Source: Octopus bimaculoides (taxonomy: Eukaryota). From it: 64,000 nucleotides of DNA. Positions 38,315 to 51,612 of this stretch are shown one piece after another (the stretch's first letter is position 1; every line of letters starts with the position of its first letter). The stretch spans positions 27,915,347 through 27,979,346 of the forward strand of contig NC_069004.1 in assembly GCF_001194135.2 (NCBI RefSeq), read 5' to 3'. The translations under genes and the position numbers were made by a program. The notes under the pieces are model-generated. The model saw only the letters and a list, made by a program, of their open reading frames with translations. It was not told the DNA's origin and did no database searches.

Positions 38315-39674
38315 ATGGTGTGTGGCCTTGACTTTACAATTGTAAAGTGGTAGGTTTTGATTCCTAGATCAGGGAGCACATTGTGTCCTTGAGCAAAGCA
38401 CTTCATTTCATATTGCTCCAGTTCACTCTGCACCACTACCACTGGCAGCAGCTTCTGCTGCTACTTGGGGGTCAATGTTGTGAAAGACTGGTGGGGAGTC
38501 TTGGACTCTCTGTCATTTAAATGAGCTTAGAGGTTCAAGACAGATTTGAAATTTTTAGCTTTTATAAAGTTAAAACATGAACTGGGGTGGGGGAGTTGTA
38601 TGGGTGTTACATTTGCTAGAAATAGTGGCTAATATCCCTCACTTCATTCTCGGCTGTCATTGAAGATTGATGAAATTATTACATAATACAATCAGAGAGA
38701 CACTCGGTAAAAGAAGGGCTCATCATGGCCGTAATAATTTTGTTCATAGGTCTGTTGCCTTGATCTTTATACTGTCCTGTAGTTAAATAACAACAATAAC
38801 ATCTTGATAAATGAAGCTAGTTCTCTTTGTGTAGCTGGTTTGCTGGCTGGCTAGATAGATGTATGATTAAACTAGTGAAATACCATTATGGTTGGCAGTC
38901 CTCTATGCTATCACACATACACGTATACACTTCCCATTAACTTTGAAAAGACCCTACAAACAAATCTGCACTGCTAATAAAAAAATAAATAAAAAGAGAG
39001 AGAGACAGAGAGACCCCTGGAGAGTTTGTAATTGCTGTGAGGGTGTGAAAGTATCTGACATTTCAGATACAGGCTCTTAGACAGATTCTTCAGATATCGG
39101 ATTGTATTACATTGTAGAGATCATTATAAGTTCATATCTTGCTACAGTCCTGGTGCTGCTATCATCTCTGGACAACATAGTTTATTTACTTTCCTTGCCT
39201 TGGGTCAACATTACTATGAAAAAATCTGTGTTATTTTAACTTTTCAGCTGACTGGTTCACATTTAACTGTAGAATATATATAAGAAAAAAAATAAAATGA
39301 TTGCTCCAACAGTATTTCTAAATTTGACAAATTAAGAAGAAAAAAATAATACAAAAGAAGAAAATCACTCCATCCCTGCTGGCATGAGGAAAAAAAAAAT
39401 GATGTAATAAATAAATAAAATAAATAAATAAATAAACAAATGATGGTGATGACACAGCTAGGATGAAATTGTAGCCTCTGTATATCAATTTCACGTTTTT
39501 TGTCTATTTATGTTTAACTGACAGCTATGAATTCTAGTTCTTTCAGAAATTTTTACAGTCATTTTATTCAAAAAGAAAAATAATTAATTTTTACACACAC
39601 ACACACATGTATGTGTGTATAAAACATATATGTTTATGTATGCATGTGTATGTGTGTATACATATATGTATATA

Positions 39675-39710
<36 letters not shown>

Positions 39711-39720
39711 CATACATACA

Positions 39721-40795
39721 CAGGGTGGGGCATAAAGATCTCGCACATTATGAATGAATATAAAAAGTGAACACAACCATCCCGGAAAAAATTTATTATG
39801 TTTCTGAAAAGTATATAAAAAACAGTTTATTTTACTGGGTTTTAAAAACTATATTGGGCAAATGGTGGCTGTTGTTGGCATTACATTGATGCAGTTGTCC
39901 CCAGAAGTCCTCCATGACTCTCTGTGTCATCTCAGGTGGTATTGCATTGATTTCTTCACAAATCCTTTCTTTCAAATCCAAGAATTCAAGGACAATGTCA
40001 GTAAACTTTTTCCTTTAGATATCCCCAAAGGAAAAAAGTCACAAGGGCTTAAATCTGGTGACCTTGCCAGCCACCCTACATCTCCCCTCAAAGAAATCAA
40101 ATGCCCAGCAAACATTTCCCTCAACACTCCAGCTGAACATCGTGCTGTTTGAGCCATGACTCTGTCGTGTTGAAACCAGAGATGTTCAGTAACCAACCCA
40201 TCCAGTTTAGGGTGCAAAAAGTTCTCCAACATTTCAATGTACTGGTCAAAGGTAACCGTTACTGTTTCATCACCTTCTTCAAAAATGTGCAGACCGATGA
40301 CTCCAAAATTGGCAACTGCACACCAAACAGTTACACTAGGAGAATGAAGCAGTCTTTCATGGAGTTCATAAGGATTATATTCAACCCAGTAGCAAAACTT
40401 CTGCTTGTTTATGCTTCCATTGATATGGAAGTGCGCTTCATCGGTACTCAGAAGAGCAGCTGCAGTGGGAACTTGTGCAAGAATATCCGCATGTAGGGCT
40501 TTATGATTGTTATGATCTGTGTCGGTTAATTCTTGAACTAACATCATTTTGTAAGGATGCAGTTTCAAATCAGCATGCAGAGAGAGTCCTTCTCAAACTT
40601 CGGATATTCCTAATGTTATACTATGCTTGTGAGCAAAACGCTTTGGCAATTGCTGAACAGATGCTGTCTGTCACTGATGCCACATTTTCTGGAGTTCTAA
40701 CAGTCCTAGGTCTGCCAGGAGATTTTCATTTCAATGTGGATCCAATTGCAAGAAGGTTAGAAATCCAAGGCAACATAGTTTTCCGGTCTGGTACC
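39721..40795 (-). mobile_element. Tc1/mariner DD41D (rosa/Visitor-type) transposon, 5'-truncated
   Basis: One TIR-like end 'cagggtggggcataaagatctcgcac' at 39721 next to a TA/CA microsatellite; transposase relic; other end replaced by a SINE fragment. Confidence 0.88.
39972..40795 (-). pseudogene. DD41D transposase pseudogene
   Basis: 'GRPRTVRTPENV', 'KLHPYK', 'STDEAHF', 'VTVWC', 'WFQHD'-41 aa-'SPDLSPCD' (spacing counted); frameshifts in the N-terminus and after 'CDFF'. Confidence 0.9.
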
Positions 40796-41004
40796 AGGGG
40801 TCAGTAGAATAAATAACCAGCTGAATATTGGGGTTGATGTAATCGACTTACCTCCTCCCCCAAAATTGCCGATCTTGTGCCTAAATTTGAAACCAATATT
40901 AATAAACTTTGAGACTACCTTATTTAGGGTTAATCTTCCATAGTTCTGTGTTAAAATCCCTCAGGGCTCATTTAGCTAAATCCCAGTAATATTCTTTGTA
41001 AGCC

Positions 41005-41108
41005 TTGTACTTATTCTATCAGCCTCCTTTGCTGAACCACTGAGTTACGAGGATGTAAACACACCACCGGTTGTCAAGCAGTGGTGGGGGGACAAATACA
41101 GACATAAA

Positions 41109-41154
<46 letters not shown>

Positions 41155-41362
41155 ATGCATGCATGGAAGATGGGCATTAAACGATGATGATACATACGAC
41201 GAGCTTCTTTCAGCTTCCATCTACCAAATCCACTCACAAGGCTTTAGTCAGCCCTGGGGGTGCTATAGTAGAATACACCTGCCCAAAGTGCAACACGGTG
41301 GGACTGAACCCAGTACCATGTAGTTAGGAAGCAAGCTTCTTACCACACAGCCACACCTGCAC
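41005..41362 (-). mobile_element. SINE family A
   Basis: Reverse complement of head, linker and part of tail. Confidence 0.75.
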
Positions 41363-41566
41363 TATATGTTGAGAAGGATTTAATCACATAACGCCATGTT
41401 ATTGGTTCAGAAAGAAATCAGTTTTCTGCTGCCTCAAAGTTATCTTTCCTTTCCTTATATAACCAAGCCCAAAGCCTGTCTTCCAAAACATAAAACATAC
41501 ATTAACAAACCACAATGCTCATATAACTTGTATTGCTGCTTTTTTTTCAGAATTTAAGAATACATA

Positions 41567-41960
41567 AGCACAGGCATGGCTATGTGGTTAGCAAGCCAGC
41601 TTTTCAACCACATGGTTTCAGGTTCAGTCCCACTGCATGGTACCATGGTCAAGTGTTTTCTATTACAGCCCTGCTTTGTGAGTTCATTTGGTAGATGGAA
41701 ACTGTGTGGAAGCCCATTGCATGTGTCTGTGTGTGTCTGTCTGTACCTAGGTGTCTGTATGACATGTTTCTCGTATAACTTGACAGCTGCTGTTGGTTTG
41801 TTTACATCCCTATAACATAGCAGGTCAGCAAAAGAGACCACTGAAATAAATACAAGATTTAAAATAAGTACTGGGGTTGACATGTTTGGCTAAATCCCTT
41901 TTGAGGCAGTGCACCAGCATGGCCTCAGTCCAGTGACTGATGCAAGTAGGAGATAAAACA
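41567..41960 (+). mobile_element. SINE family A
   Basis: Head 'gcaggcatggctatgtggttag' through tail. Confidence 0.7.
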
Positions 41961-42779
41961 ACCTATGTGTGTTTAGGCATAGGCAAAACCTGTTGGAAGT
42001 ACCTCATGTAAACTTTATACATGGCATGTGATGGACTCATTTCATAATGGTAATAAAAGGGTTTCACTTTGGTAGGTAACAAAATGTTTTAATCACACCT
42101 AGATTCTTCCAATACTCGACTATGTTATCTCTTCATAATGTAAGTATTGATCTGCTTTCATTAGTTTGTCTGTTAGTGTCAATATTAAATATTTGTATAA
42201 GTATTTTCTTTGATGTCTTCTATAATCACCATTGTCATCTGTTTTCATTTTTCGCACTCCCTCGGGTATTCAGTATGCATTTGAATATTTGTGTGTGTGT
42301 AGTTAAGTGAGAGGTTTAACTCAATAATGTATTATATAGATGCGTGTGTACGTGTGTATTTACTGTGTGTATCCCAGTTTTACAATAGGTACACTGCATT
42401 GCTGTATGTTGTATGAGGTAACTAAAAGAGTCTGTAACAGGAAGAGCATTTGGCTGTGAAAACTGCTTTAGACAAAGCATCCAACCCTGTTATCATTGAA
42501 AAGTAAATGGAAAAATTACGTTGGATTTGTGAGTATAATTAGTGAGACCTGCATCTGCTTCCGTGTTGCCTAGTGTTAGGTTGTTGCACTCCCAATTATT
42601 AGATCTTGGTTTATAACTATCTACTAACAGGCCTGGTCAGTCTTAGGGCTCAAAACAGCACCTGCCCTGCCCCTTCCATTGTTATTGTGCTCCTTCCACT
42701 TTTATTGATATGGCAGTACCCAGATCACAAATGTGCTAAGCATTTTGAGTTATTTTCCTTTCTAGAGCAAGTTAATATA

Positions 42780-43320
42780 TTTCATTGGAAATCCCCTTTG
42801 GTAACAGAGGGCCGGAATTTTCTTACTTTGATTAATATGTTGTTGTCATTCACCCAGTGGTAATACAGTGGGTAGATTTTGTTGCAGTGCATAAATATCA
42901 ATTTTCATGATCTTTTGCATCATCTATGTAGCCTCTGAGTATGACCAATTATATAGTTTTGTCTATGTCTAACAACATTATATAGAACAAAAGTAAATCT
43001 AGAATGGATCCTTGTAGTACTCCACTGACAACCACAAACTTTTCATATAGGATTCCATTAACTGCCCCCTATTTGGCTTTAGACTTTCAGAAAAACCAAA
43101 AACCTAAATGCCAGCTTGTCAATAAGATTTTATGATCAACCTTGCCAAAAGTATTTGCAAAATTGAAATATAGATGGTCAATTCTTGATTCATATAGCAG
43201 CTGCCTCAAAATGTGTTGTAGAATTTGTCAGACAGTTTCTTCCGAAGCAAAACTATATTGCATTTTGTTAAAAAGCTCTTAATACCCTTCAAATTCTTTC
43301 CAAGGCTTTCCAAAAGTGGA
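42780..43320 (-). pseudogene. Non-LTR (CR1/Jockey-group) reverse transcriptase relic
   Basis: Minus strand reads 'QYSF', 'YFNFANTFGKVDHKILL', 'VNG..VVSGVLQGSIL.LLLF', 'YIDDAK', equivalent to DFAKAFD, GVPQGS and FADD motifs, with stops and frameshifts. Confidence 0.8.
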
Positions 43321-44151
43321 TATGACAGAAATCTGTAATTGTTTGTTTATACTCTACTGCAATTTTTATGAAATGATTCCATTGTTGCTTCTTACAACAT
43401 TTCAAATAATTGTCCAAGTTCTAAATAGCTCTGAAAGTGTTTGTGTGTGTGTGGGGGGGGGGGGAAGTTATATTTATAGAAAAGTGAAAAATTGTCATTT
43501 AAATATGATTGCTTGAAGTGGAAACTTGATGTTTTGCAAGAGAAAGAATTAAAATTTATCTGAAATTGGACACCAAACGTTTGAAAGAATTTTAGTAATA
43601 ATAACAATAATAATTATAATAAAAAGAACACTCATCATAGTCTAGACTTGCTGGCGATTTTCACAAATGTACCAAGCAAATAGCGATGGGCTGGGCCTGG
43701 ATGTGGGACCTGGGTGAGAATCTTGCTAGCTCACTCATGCACTTGTACTGAAAAACGTTAAGAGGTTCAAGTGGCCAAAATGGGGGTTCTTCCAGGGTGT
43801 GTAGCTTGGAGATCAGGGAGTCTCTCCAGATCTCTGCCTTTAGAGGTCACTGCTATAGTACTATAGAAATGTGGCTAGAATGTCCCAGGAAGGGATCACA
43901 AGATGGATTCTTCAAACCAAGCCAACTGGCAGGAGACCTAGGTGTAAACCAAGAATGGGATGGTTGGATAATATCCATAGCCTCAGTTGATTTTGCATAG
44001 TAATCCAACAGGAAAGCGTAACGATGATTGTTTCTGATTTGGAGGATTCTATCCCTGCACCCCCCCCCCATGAGTAGTAGACAATGAAAATGGTTGGATC
44101 AGATATAAAACACACACACTCATGCACACACTGTTTCTGTCTAATTATACT

Positions 44152-44190
<39 letters not shown>

Positions 44191-44791
44191 NNNNNNNNNN
44201 NNNNNNNNNNNNNNNNNNNNNNNNNNNNNNNNNNNNNNNNNNNNNNNNNNNNNNNNNNNNNNNNNNNNNNNNNNNNNNNNNNNNNNNNNNNNNNNNNNNN
44301 NNNNNNNNNNNNNNNNNNNNNNNNNNNNNNNNNNNNNNNNNNNNNNNNNNNNNNNNNNNNNNNNNNNNNNNNNNNNNNNNNNNNNNNNNNNNNNNNNNNN
44401 NNNNNNNNNNNNNNNNNNNNNNNNNNNNNNNNNNNNNNNNNNNNNNNNNNNNNNNNNNNNNNNNNNNNNNNNNNNNNNNNNNNNNNNNNNNNNNNNNNNN
44501 NNNNNNNNNNNNNNNNNNNNNNNNNNNNNNNNNNNNNNNNNNNNNNNNNNNNNNNNNNNNNNNNNNNNNNNNNNNNNNNNNNNNNNNNNNNNNNNNNNNN
44601 NNNNNNNNNNNNNNNNNNNNNNNNNNNNNNNNNNNNNNNNNNNNNNNNNNNNNNNNNNNNNNNNNNNNNNNNNNNNNNNNNNNNNNNNNNNNNNNNNNNN
44701 NNNNNNNNNNNNNNNNNNNNNNNNNNNNNNNNNNNNNNNNNNNNNNNNNNNNNNNNNNNNNNNNNNNNNNNNNNNNNNNNNNNNNNNNNNN
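44191..44791. other. Assembly gap (largest of ten N runs)
   Basis: N run flanked by (TA)n; the other gaps are listed in the summary. Confidence 0.99.
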
Positions 44792-44812
44792 ATATATATA
44801 TATATATATATA

Positions 44813-46043
44813 TAGGGTGTGTAAGGTATTTGAGGATATACCTTTTTTGGGTCGTTGCTGCATATTTTGCCAACTCTGTATAATCTTTGTTTTAGAAAAT
44901 AAAAATGGCAGACCTTCAGCTTGCTCAAGAAATGAAGAGGCATGCTGTTATTGTGATTATAAAGGCTGAGTATAGCAATTTAGAAATATCTCGTCTACAA
45001 AGTTTGTAAGGTGCTAGAGACTGAAGATGGAAACGTATCATCAGTATCAAAGCCTAAAAAGCATTGTAAACACTCTGAAATCATCAGAACACCTGGATTT
45101 ATCCAGCAAGTTCAACAGACCATTGGTTACAATCCCAGAAAGTCCATGAGGTCAATTGCAAAAGATCTTTGTGTGTCAGAAGTAACAGTCAGAAATGTTG
45201 TCCACAAAGACATCAGATATGTATTATATGATGGGGAAAGGTCAGTTTGTCAGAAAAAGCAAAAGAAAATCACTACATCAGATCTAAAAGGCTCTTAAAC
45301 AAACTGAAAAATCCAGAAGAAGATTTGATTTGGTTTTACTCAAACGAGAAAAACTTCGACTAAGATTAGAAAGTTAACAGAAGAAATGACAGATGGTTAT
45401 GTGCAGACCCTTCTGAAGTTACAAGTGTTATGCATACAAAATTTCCTGCAACTGTCATGGTTTTAGGGGCTGTCAGCAATGAAGGACATGTGATGCCTCC
45501 TTACTTCTTTCCATAAGGCCTTAGAGTTTACTCTACGCCTACATTGAGGTTCTGGAAATAATTGCTAAGCTCTGGATAGACAGTGTACGCAATGGAAGGC
45601 TATATGTGTTTCAGGAAGACTCTGCACTATCACACATGGCTCTAGTGACACAGGAATGGATGGCTGAAAAATTTCATGATCACATAATCCCTAACATTTG
45701 ACCTCCTAATTCCCCAGATCTTAATTCATTGGATTATTACATGTAGAGCGTTGTTAAGAGAGGTCAATGAACACGCTCATAACACCAAAGACTCTTTGAA
45801 AGCTGCCATAGTCAGAGTAATTTTGAAAATGAACCAGGGCCACTTGATTCCAGCATGGAGATGATTTAGATCTGATATAGAAGCAATTGTTGAAGCTGAA
45901 TGTGGCTTTATTGAATAACATTATAGAAAAGAAGGTTTATTCTTATCCTCATAGCATTTTTTGATAAATGAAGTTATTATCTGTTATAATATATCTGTTT
46001 TTTTATAAACCTAAATCTGTCCACAATTATCTTACGCATCCTG
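44813..46043 (+). mobile_element. Full-length but dead Tc1/mariner DD37D (maT-type) transposon
   Basis: TA TSD (44811-44812, 46044-46045); imperfect TIRs 'tagggtgtgtaaggtatttgaggat' / 'gtccacaattatcttacgcatcctg'; 1231 bp. Confidence 0.92.
44905..45918 (+). pseudogene. DD37D transposase pseudogene
   Basis: 'NPRKSMRSIAKDL', 'SNEKNF..KVNRRNDRWLC', 'TKFPATVMVLGAVS', 'VFQED'-37 aa-'SPDLNSLDY' (spacing counted); multiple stops and frameshifts. Confidence 0.9.
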
Positions 46044-46560
46044 TATCTATATATATTTAAATATACATGTATATAACTGCTCCTACTACATCCTAGATTT
46101 TTATTTTCTTTTTTATGACTTAAGATTATGAAGGATAGCACATGACCCTTTTCAGGGTCTCCGACAGGTAGAAAGAAGAGAAGGAAGAAGTTTATCTTTT
46201 AGGCTGAAGGACTGGCTCAAATGTTTGCAACAGGGTGAAGAGTCAGAAGATGATGCTAAACATCAGGCCAAGGTGGATTTGAGTCCATCCACTCTACCCA
46301 AAATCTATCCAGTTAACTGATTAGCAAAGATTTACTCCCTAATATGCTTCAACTTGGAACTCACTGGTGTGTTTTCATTCTTCTTCTTCCTCTGCCTGGC
46401 TCTTCCGCTGTTATTTCTTGAATCTGAATTGTCTGCAATAAGCAGCTCACTGACCTGCTCTCAATGGGGCCCAGGCCTTTTTCTAAACAAATATTCAAAT
46501 TTAATGTATTCGTAGGATCTTGTACAATTGTTTGCTTCTGGATAGTGCTGTGCATCATGA

Positions 46561-46598
<38 letters not shown>

Positions 46599-46982
46599 CA
46601 GTAATGGAGAAGTAGAATGGTAATTGGATTAATAGATAGATATGGAGAGAGAGAGAGATAGAGAAGAGAGGCAAAGAAAGTGAATCTCAAGTGTTGTTAA
46701 TAAGATAATCCTAAAACCAACAACATTGTCTGCCACCATGATCAGCATCATAACTACTATTGTTAACACCACCTTTACCGGCATTGACTCCACTGCAATA
46801 CACCCACATGTGTGTGTTTGTGTGTGTGTGTGTGTGTACTCACACATGCATATATATGAGAAGAATGATCTTTGCTTAATATTAAAATTCTGATTGGACG
46901 AGTTTTTCCCATGACACTAGATTCCAAACAAAAACTAAATTATACTCTTGAAAATTGCATAAAATTTCACTATCAACTACTC

Positions 46983-47039
<57 letters not shown>

Positions 47040-47639
47040 CATGCACACACACACGTTTGTATATATATATATATATATATATATATTCACACAAAGAAGA
47101 AGCACAAATATGAAAAAGGAAAAGCATGAAAGTCTAAAAATACGTAAAGCTTCTAATTCCTACTTGAGAATGAAATGATACGAAAACTGAAAAATGCAAG
47201 AATTTCTTTTCATTGCAATGCAAGAATTTAAGATTGACTGGCACAGTCTCTTATCAACAACCATAGGTTGATGCTTTAAATTACTGCTGCATATTCTCTT
47301 TATTTTTTTAAAATCTGATTTTAAAAAATTAGATAAATAAGCATACAGGAAAATCTCTACACAGTCCTGTCATAGTAAACATTCTTAACAACAACCAAAG
47401 TGCATAGATTGTTGTGTGTGTGTGTATAGATAGATATAATCATGATAGTATTGTAACATTATAACAATGGAGTGGCTAATAGATCAAGCTGAGGAAATAT
47501 AATGGGTTGTTTTTCTTTTAATATTTGGTTAATGAATCTGTTAGCATCATGTGTGTGTGTGTATGAATAAATACAGAGCTTGTGCTGAAGGCAGTGCAAA
47601 AGTGTGCACAGTTTTTTCCAGTAACAGTACGCCGTCTGC

Positions 47640-48031
47640 TGTGTGGAGGCACAATGGCCCAGTAGTTAGGGCAACGGACTTGCGGTCATAGGATCGCCAT
47701 TTCGATTTCCAGACCGGGCGTTGTGAGTGTTTATTGAGCGTAAACACCTAAAGCTCCACGAGGCTCCAGCAGGGGATGGTGGCGAACCCTGCTGTACTCT
47801 TTCACCGCAACTTTCTCTCACTCTTACTTCCTGTTTCTGTTGTGCCTGTAATTCAAATGGTCAGCCTTGTCACACTATGTCACGCTGAATATCCCCCGAG
47901 AACTACGTTAAGGGTACATGTGTCTGTGGAGTACTCAGTCACTTGCACGTTAATTTCACGAGCGGGCTGTTCCGTTGATCGGATCATTTGGAACCCTCGA
48001 CGTCGTAAGCGACAGAGTGCCAACAACAACA
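47640..48031 (+). mobile_element. SINE family E
   Basis: Highly similar to 4174-4533; TSD acgccgtctgc / acgttgtctgc. Confidence 0.85.
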
Positions 48032-48437
48032 ACGTTGTCTGCAGTGAAGGAAAACAAGAAGAAAAGTTTACAATAGAGGAAGAGTTATCTTTCCATCATG
48101 TGGAGTTTGAACAAATATTTCCGTTATTAAAAAACTTAAGTCCACTTTTGCATTACTCACAATATAACCCACATGCTACATGTATCAGTCCATAGTTTCC
48201 TGTTTCACTTGTTTGTTGTTGTCCTCCACATTCTTAGTCCTTGTCTTTGTATGTCCAATCACCTCACCAATACTCACTAACACTGGCATCACTAGAGGTG
48301 TAGTACCATGGAATTTAAAGTCCCTGGACTTTCAGTGCTCTGTAGCTATGGTGATTCTGGTCTCCATGATAACAAAGAGTATTTCCATGTTTATTTGTCC
48401 ATTTCCATTAATTGCTTCCATGTTCCTCTTTAATTTT

Positions 48438-48528
<91 letters not shown>

Positions 48529-49014
48529 TACAACAGGTTTCCACAAAATTGCTGTCAACCAAATCCACTCACATGGTATTGGTCAGCCCGGGGCTATAGT
48601 AGAAGACACTTGCTCAAGGTGCCATGTGGTTGCGAAGTAAGCTTCTTAACCACACGGCCATACCTTTGTCTGTTTATTTTCTCTTTCCTTTTTTTTTTTT
48701 TTTTCCTTTTTTTTTTTGATGTTGTTGTTGTTATTCATCTCTGATTAGAAAATTTTGGTGGATTAACATTTTTTAGGAGCCCCGACTTATACTGGAAGTA
48801 GTTGTAGCTATGTAGGTTATCACTACCATGTACATACTTGACTTAATCTAACTAAATCTCATATCAAGCCATTCCTGATTTTTCTTAATTCCAGGACAGT
48901 TTGAAATAAATTGGGTGAAATGCTATGAAATGGCATCACTAAGACCATGCTCGCACACTTCTAAATAGAATAAATTGAAAAATGATGAATTGATGAGGAA
49001 CCATGGTGATGGAC

Positions 49015-49587
49015 TGTCTTTTACTTGTTTCCGTCCTCAGACTGCAGTCATGCTGGGGCACCACCTTGAAGAGTTTTTAAGCCTGGTACTTATTTTATCA
49101 GTCTTTTTTTTTACCAAACTGCTAAGTACTGTTTAGCAAGCAGTGGTGGGGAAACAGACGCAGACATACACACATGAATATACATATGTAGATACATACA
49201 CACAGGACAACAAAAGAAAGAAAGAGACCTCAATATTATGTAAATAGAGGAAGTTATCTGTAGAAATATGTGACACTTATTCAGTAGTCATGATAAAACT
49301 CCGAGTTTCGGATGCCGGGATGGGAACCCACGCCAACATCTCTTCAGTTATCCGGCCATTGAAAATTCCTGTGAAAAATGACCCTGTCATATGTATGTAT
49401 GTATGTAAGTATATACATACATATGACATGCTTCTTTCAGTTACTGTGTACCAAATCCACACAAAAGGCTTTGGTTGGCCTGAAGTTATAGGAGAAAACA
49501 CTTGCTCAAGGTGTCATGCTGTAGGACTGAACTCAGAACCATGTGGTTGAGAAAAATATTTCTTAACACACAACTCTGCCTGCACCA
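49015..49587 (-). mobile_element. SINE family A carrying an insert of about 190 bp (about 49200-49390) in its linker
   Basis: Reverse-complement tail 49015-49200 and head 49395-49587 separated by non-SINE sequence. Confidence 0.6.
49285..49358 (-). ncRNA. Candidate type I hammerhead ribozyme
   Basis: Minus strand: GAUAA-CUGAAGA-stem II (GAUGUUGG/CCGGCAUC)-C-GAAA-CU-CGG-AG-UU-UUAUC; all core nucleotides present, stem I 5 bp, stem III 3 bp. Confidence 0.6.
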
Positions 49588-50793
49588 GTAAGAAAGAAGA
49601 TATAATAAGCTTCTATCCACAAGTCCTCTCTACTTCTATCAAGCCACCTTTCTAATCCACACGCACACACACACACACAGATGCACACTCTCATGCACAT
49701 ACAAAAGTACTCTTAAAATAACTTGTGATGAATACTTCAAGACATGTGCACACCTACAAATGTACAGATTTATGTATAAAGTTAGTAAGATGCAAATAAA
49801 TTTAAAATCTGTTTCAGAGATTTATCATTCCTATTTTAATTATATGAAATAATGTTCACTGCATCATCCCAATTTTAGTATATGTGTACTGTAATAAAAA
49901 CAATAATAATAATAATAATAATAATGATGATGATGATGATAATAATAATAGTAATAATAATAATAAAGGCATCCAAGTGTAAATATAAATAACATCTAAA
50001 TTCAAGTAGCGATATCTATATTACAGATGGAAGAGCAAAAAATAGAATTTTTGCTTTACTAATTTAAATTTAAAATTAAGCCATTTCTCTTTATCAAGAC
50101 AACCTACTACCTATTTCTTTCTTTTTTTTTTCATTTTTGTTTGTCTCTTTTTTTTTGTTTTTACAGTTATTTTTACTCCATTGGTGCACTAAAATAAAAT
50201 AGTAATAACGATGATGATAATAATAATAATAATAATAATAATATCTGATTTATTTCTAAAAGCATGTGTATTTATTTCTGAAAGCATGTGTATTGTGTTG
50301 AAACTTATGCCTACCATATTATATAGCTTATGTACATGTGCATGTGGCTATGTGTGTGTGTGCATGTGCATGTATGTATGTGTGTGAGGGAGTTAGATTT
50401 TTATTCAATATATCTGATATTTGCATTGTGTGCAAGCCTATTTGAGTTTGCATATTTTCCAATAAAGTTGTTTGTCAGTTATGGCTACATCATTTCATAC
50501 TGATTGATAATTTCATTTTATTGATGTTATACCATTTTCTGATTCTGCTTCAACATGCCTCTTTGCATCAACAGCAGTGTTCAGAGGCTTTGATATCACG
50601 TATCTGCCATTCCTGCTCCACCCCCACCCCAGCCTCTCCTCTCGCTCTACTCCACAACTACTCCACGTTTGGTTCCTCTTCCTCCTCCTCATCCTCCTCC
50701 TCTTAGATTTTTATAGGAAACTTTTCAGGAGCCACGTTAGTTACCGATAAGATAGTTGTTGATGGTTGTTTCATGTTGAAGATACACACTCAA

Positions 50794-50855
<62 letters not shown>

Positions 50856-51349
50856 TTTTTGTTTGTTTTATTTTTGTTTTGTTTTTATGTCTTTTTAAAA
50901 CCCAGTCAGTAATTTGTTGGAATGAAATTACCTACAATACATATTGCAGTTTTTATTTTTATTTTCATATAATCCAATGAGGATTATATACAAAAGTCAT
51001 TGCCGTCATCATCATCATCATCTTAGTATACATCTTTCTCCATGCTAGCGTGATCTGGATGGCTTTGTACAACTAACATCCATATCCTTATTCAGCTGTC
51101 TCTCTCTTTCTCTTGTATCATTTCATGTGTAATTCCTAATTTTCTAAACTAAACTGCTATATTCTTCGGCTCACCTTTGACCTTTGTACCTCATCCTGTC
51201 AGCCTTAATTTCTTTTTAGATCCAGCTAAATCCCACCAAATCTCCTTTCACTTACTCCACATCTTGCTTTACCCTTCCTTACTTATTCATCTTACATTTC
51301 TATGGAGGGAACAGTTTTCTTGATTTATCACACAACTGGTACGCAACTT

Positions 51350-51612
51350 CATCATCATCATCATTGTTTAACGTCCGCTTTCCATGCTAGCATGGGTTGG
51401 ACGATTTGACTGAAGACTGGTGAACCAGATGGCTACACCAGGCTCCAATCTGATTTGGCAGAGTTTCTACAGCTGGATGCCCTTCCTAACACCAACCACT
51501 CCGAGAGTGTAGTGGGTGCTTTTACGTACTACCAGCACGAAGGCCAGTCAGGCGGTACTGGCAACGGCCACGCTCAAAATGGTGTATTTTACGTGCCATC
51601 TGCACAGGAGCC
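51350..51612 (-). mobile_element. SINE family C
   Basis: Clean RTE-type tail 'aacgtccgctttccatgctagcatgggttggacg'. Confidence 0.85.

Noticed and set aside
40149-40807. Plus-strand ORFs of 115 and 110 aa
   Set aside because: Antisense shadows of the DD41D transposase.
48043-48195. Protein-like frame EGKQEEKFTIEEELSFHHVEFEQIFPLLKNLS
   Set aside because: A SINE with TSD sits at its 5' edge, there is no good donor, and it may be a LINE relic; unsupported as an exon.
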